DNA from: an uncultured Verrucomicrobiae bacterium
GTDB taxonomy: Bacteria > Verrucomicrobiota > Verrucomicrobiia > Limisphaerales > JAFGQR01
DNA: 64,000 nucleotides
Reading direction: 5' to 3'
NCBI GenBank assembly: GCA_963788655.1
Contig: CAWBHS010000055.1
Coordinates: forward strand, 34,727 to 98,726
Below are positions 62,361-64,000 of this stretch, one piece after another. The notes below the pieces were generated by a model, which worked only from the letters and a program-made list of their open reading frames with translations, did not search any database and was not told the origin of the DNA. Within the stretch, counting starts at the first letter, position 1. Every line of letters starts with the position of its first letter. The position numbers were made by a program, and so were the translations under genes.

Positions 62361-64000
62361 GCCTCGTCAGCAGAATCTGTGGGTAGTTTCCGGCTCTGGG
62401 AGCCGGCCTAACGTGTGATACAAGGCTATTTCCATCGCGTCGTAGGTGCGAAATCCGTAGGATCTTCTGGTCACCACTCGGATTTTATTGTTCAGACCCT
62501 CGACCGGGCCGGACGAGAGTTCCCCTTTGGCGCGGAACCAGTTCAAGAGCAGCTCTTGGTGGTTGCGCAGCATCCTGGCCACTTTGGCCATCGGTTCAAG
62601 GCGGCTGCGCAGAGCTCGTTCAGTCCAGACGTCCAGAAAAGCCCTGGCCCAAGTGACAGAGCGATAGCGCCAGAACGGCTCGAAGGTTTCCTTGAGCATC
62701 CAGGCTCGCCCAGTGGCCAGTTTACTGCGCAGCAGTCCCCAAAGCTTTTGCTTGGCCCGGCCGCGGACCCGATTTCCCCGGCGCAGCAACTTCCACCGCA
62801 TGTGCTTGAGCTTTTTGGCCGCGGGACGTCCCCGCAGCCGACCACTCTCGGCTCGGCGCACTTGGTCGACGGCTTGATTCAAATGCATCGTGATGTGGAA
62901 ACGGTCCAACACGTGCAAGGCGTGCGGGATCTTGGCCCCAATCACATTCAGGTAGGCCCGCCACATGTCACTGCAGACAAAGCGCACGCCGCTGAGCACC
63001 GTCGGCCCCAACGCCTCAAAGCCCCGGCGCAGCGTGGCCTGCGTGCGTCGGCGCCCCACCCACAACAGCCGCCGACAGTGCTGGTCGATCTGGTAGATGA
63101 CGGTCAGGAATTGCTCCGCCCGCTTGCCTTGGCCCCAATGGATCTCGTCGACGCCAAGGGATTGGACCCCTTCAATCTGACGGTGGGCCAACCCCCACTC
63201 CACGAACCACTCGACCGAACGATAGACCGCTTCCCAACTGGTCTGAAACGCCAGGGCGGTCTGTCGCCAGGACAAGTGCCGCGCCCATCGCGCCAAGAAT
63301 CCCATCATCGCCGTGGTGATCGGTCTCTTGCCCCGGCTCCACGGCATGTGCTCGACGATGACCCCATGCGTGGGACACTCCACCCGCCGCGGCGCATAGA
63401 GGAATTCGGTTTTAATGCCCCACAGCGGCACAAAGAGCCAGGTTCGTTCCGGCAGTCGGTCGTAACCTGGCGCCGGCTCTCGGCACTTCGAGCACCGGCC
63501 GCACCGCCCTTGATGCGCCTCCAGGGTAATCTCAACGCGCAGCTTGTCGCGCTCGCACAGGAGCCGGACCTCCTTGTAAACGAACCCCGCAAAACGTTGT
63601 ATCCGGTTCAGGATGGTTTTAACTTCGAGTTGAATAGCTGGTCTCCGGGTCGATGGTTTGTTTTGTTTGCAAGCTGCAAACTAATCGGCGCACAAGGGGA
63701 TCAGCTATTCTTTTTTGCCACGCACGTCCGCCCCGTAGTCTCAGCGGCTGGTCTCGACCACCAGCGCCAGGTTGAGGGGAGGGTCGCCGACTGGGATAGG
63801 CGCCGATCGGAGCCGGTCTTGCGCATCCCAAGCGCGGCTCAGATCGTGCGCAAAGGGACCCAGTCGGCGGGCCTCCCCTCAACCGGTCGAGCCTCCCACA
63901 CGCTTCGTTTGTCCCGCCAGCAGATCGCTCACTCCGGCCACGCACCTTTTTCCTTTTTCACAGCCGCTGTTTCAAATCCACCCACAAATTTTGCTACAGA
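62361..64000 (-). mobile_element. ISL3-family insertion sequence (far IR cut by the window edge)
   Basis: GCCTCGTCAGCAGAATCTGTGGGT at 62361 is an imperfect inverted match to ACCCACAAATTTTGCTACAGA at the window end; AT-rich flank. Confidence 0.88.
62367..63635 (-). CDS. ISL3 transposase (probable ATT start)
   Basis: CxxC zinc finger, LGVDE, CSDMW..Y, LDRFH, VEGLNNK..RRSYGFR; frame is open 68 codons upstream of the GTG at 63431. Confidence 0.9.
   Translation of the reverse strand: MQLEVKTILNRIQRFAGFVYKEVRLLCERDKLRVEITLEAHQGRCGRCSKCREPAPGYDRLPERTWLFVPLWGIKTEFLYAPRRVECPTHGVIVEHMPWSRGKRPITTAMMGFLARWARHLSWRQTALAFQTSWEAVYRSVEWFVEWGLAHRQIEGVQSLGVDEIHWGQGKRAEQFLTVIYQIDQHCRRLLWVGRRRTQATLRRGFEALGPTVLSGVRFVCSDMWRAYLNVIGAKIPHALHVLDRFHITMHLNQAVDQVRRAESGRLRGRPAAKKLKHMRWKLLRRGNRVRGRAKQKLWGLLRSKLATGRAWMLKETFEPFWRYRSVTWARAFLDVWTERALRSRLEPMAKVARMLRNHQELLLNWFRAKGELSSGPVEGLNNKIRVVTRRSYGFRTYDAMEIALYHTLGRLPEPETTHRFC

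Overview
GC-rich bacterial window. Gene content (TolB-like, FGE/SUMF1-fold, HZS-like and PQQ-propeller proteins, GxxExxY genes, many REP families) suggests a Verrucomicrobiota/PVC organism; this is inference. Left to right it holds: an MmeI-like (type IIL/IIG) restriction-modification gene; an orphan attC site with a cassette ORF; a ROK protein; a 12 kb uncharacterised envelope cluster (TolB-like, FGE-fold lipoproteins, two novel paralogues, MBOAT plus SGNH-like) with mrr embedded; RRM and infA; sugar ABC genes and a GH78 rhamnosidase; a GxxExxY gene interrupted by an ORF-less group II intron; a GDPD-glycosidase fusion; a two-component/sigma-54 locus; nfo; a 2-oxoacid dehydrogenase operon; valS; a second GxxExxY gene; cimA; a tRNA(CAT); and an ISL3 element running off the right edge. 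The strongest observations are four. (1) An 801-nt ORF-less group II intron sits precisely in the terminal inverted repeat of a GxxExxY cassette and has a loop complementary to that repeat. (2) Both GxxExxY nuclease-like genes are bracketed by their own ~30-bp inverted repeat arrays, and an empty copy of one family lies elsewhere. (3) Palindromic repeats are repeatedly inserted in frame inside protein-coding genes. (4) The MBOAT-linked envelope cluster is built around a protein family I cannot name. About a dozen small frameshifts, including in essential valS and infA, are most likely sequencing or assembly indels.
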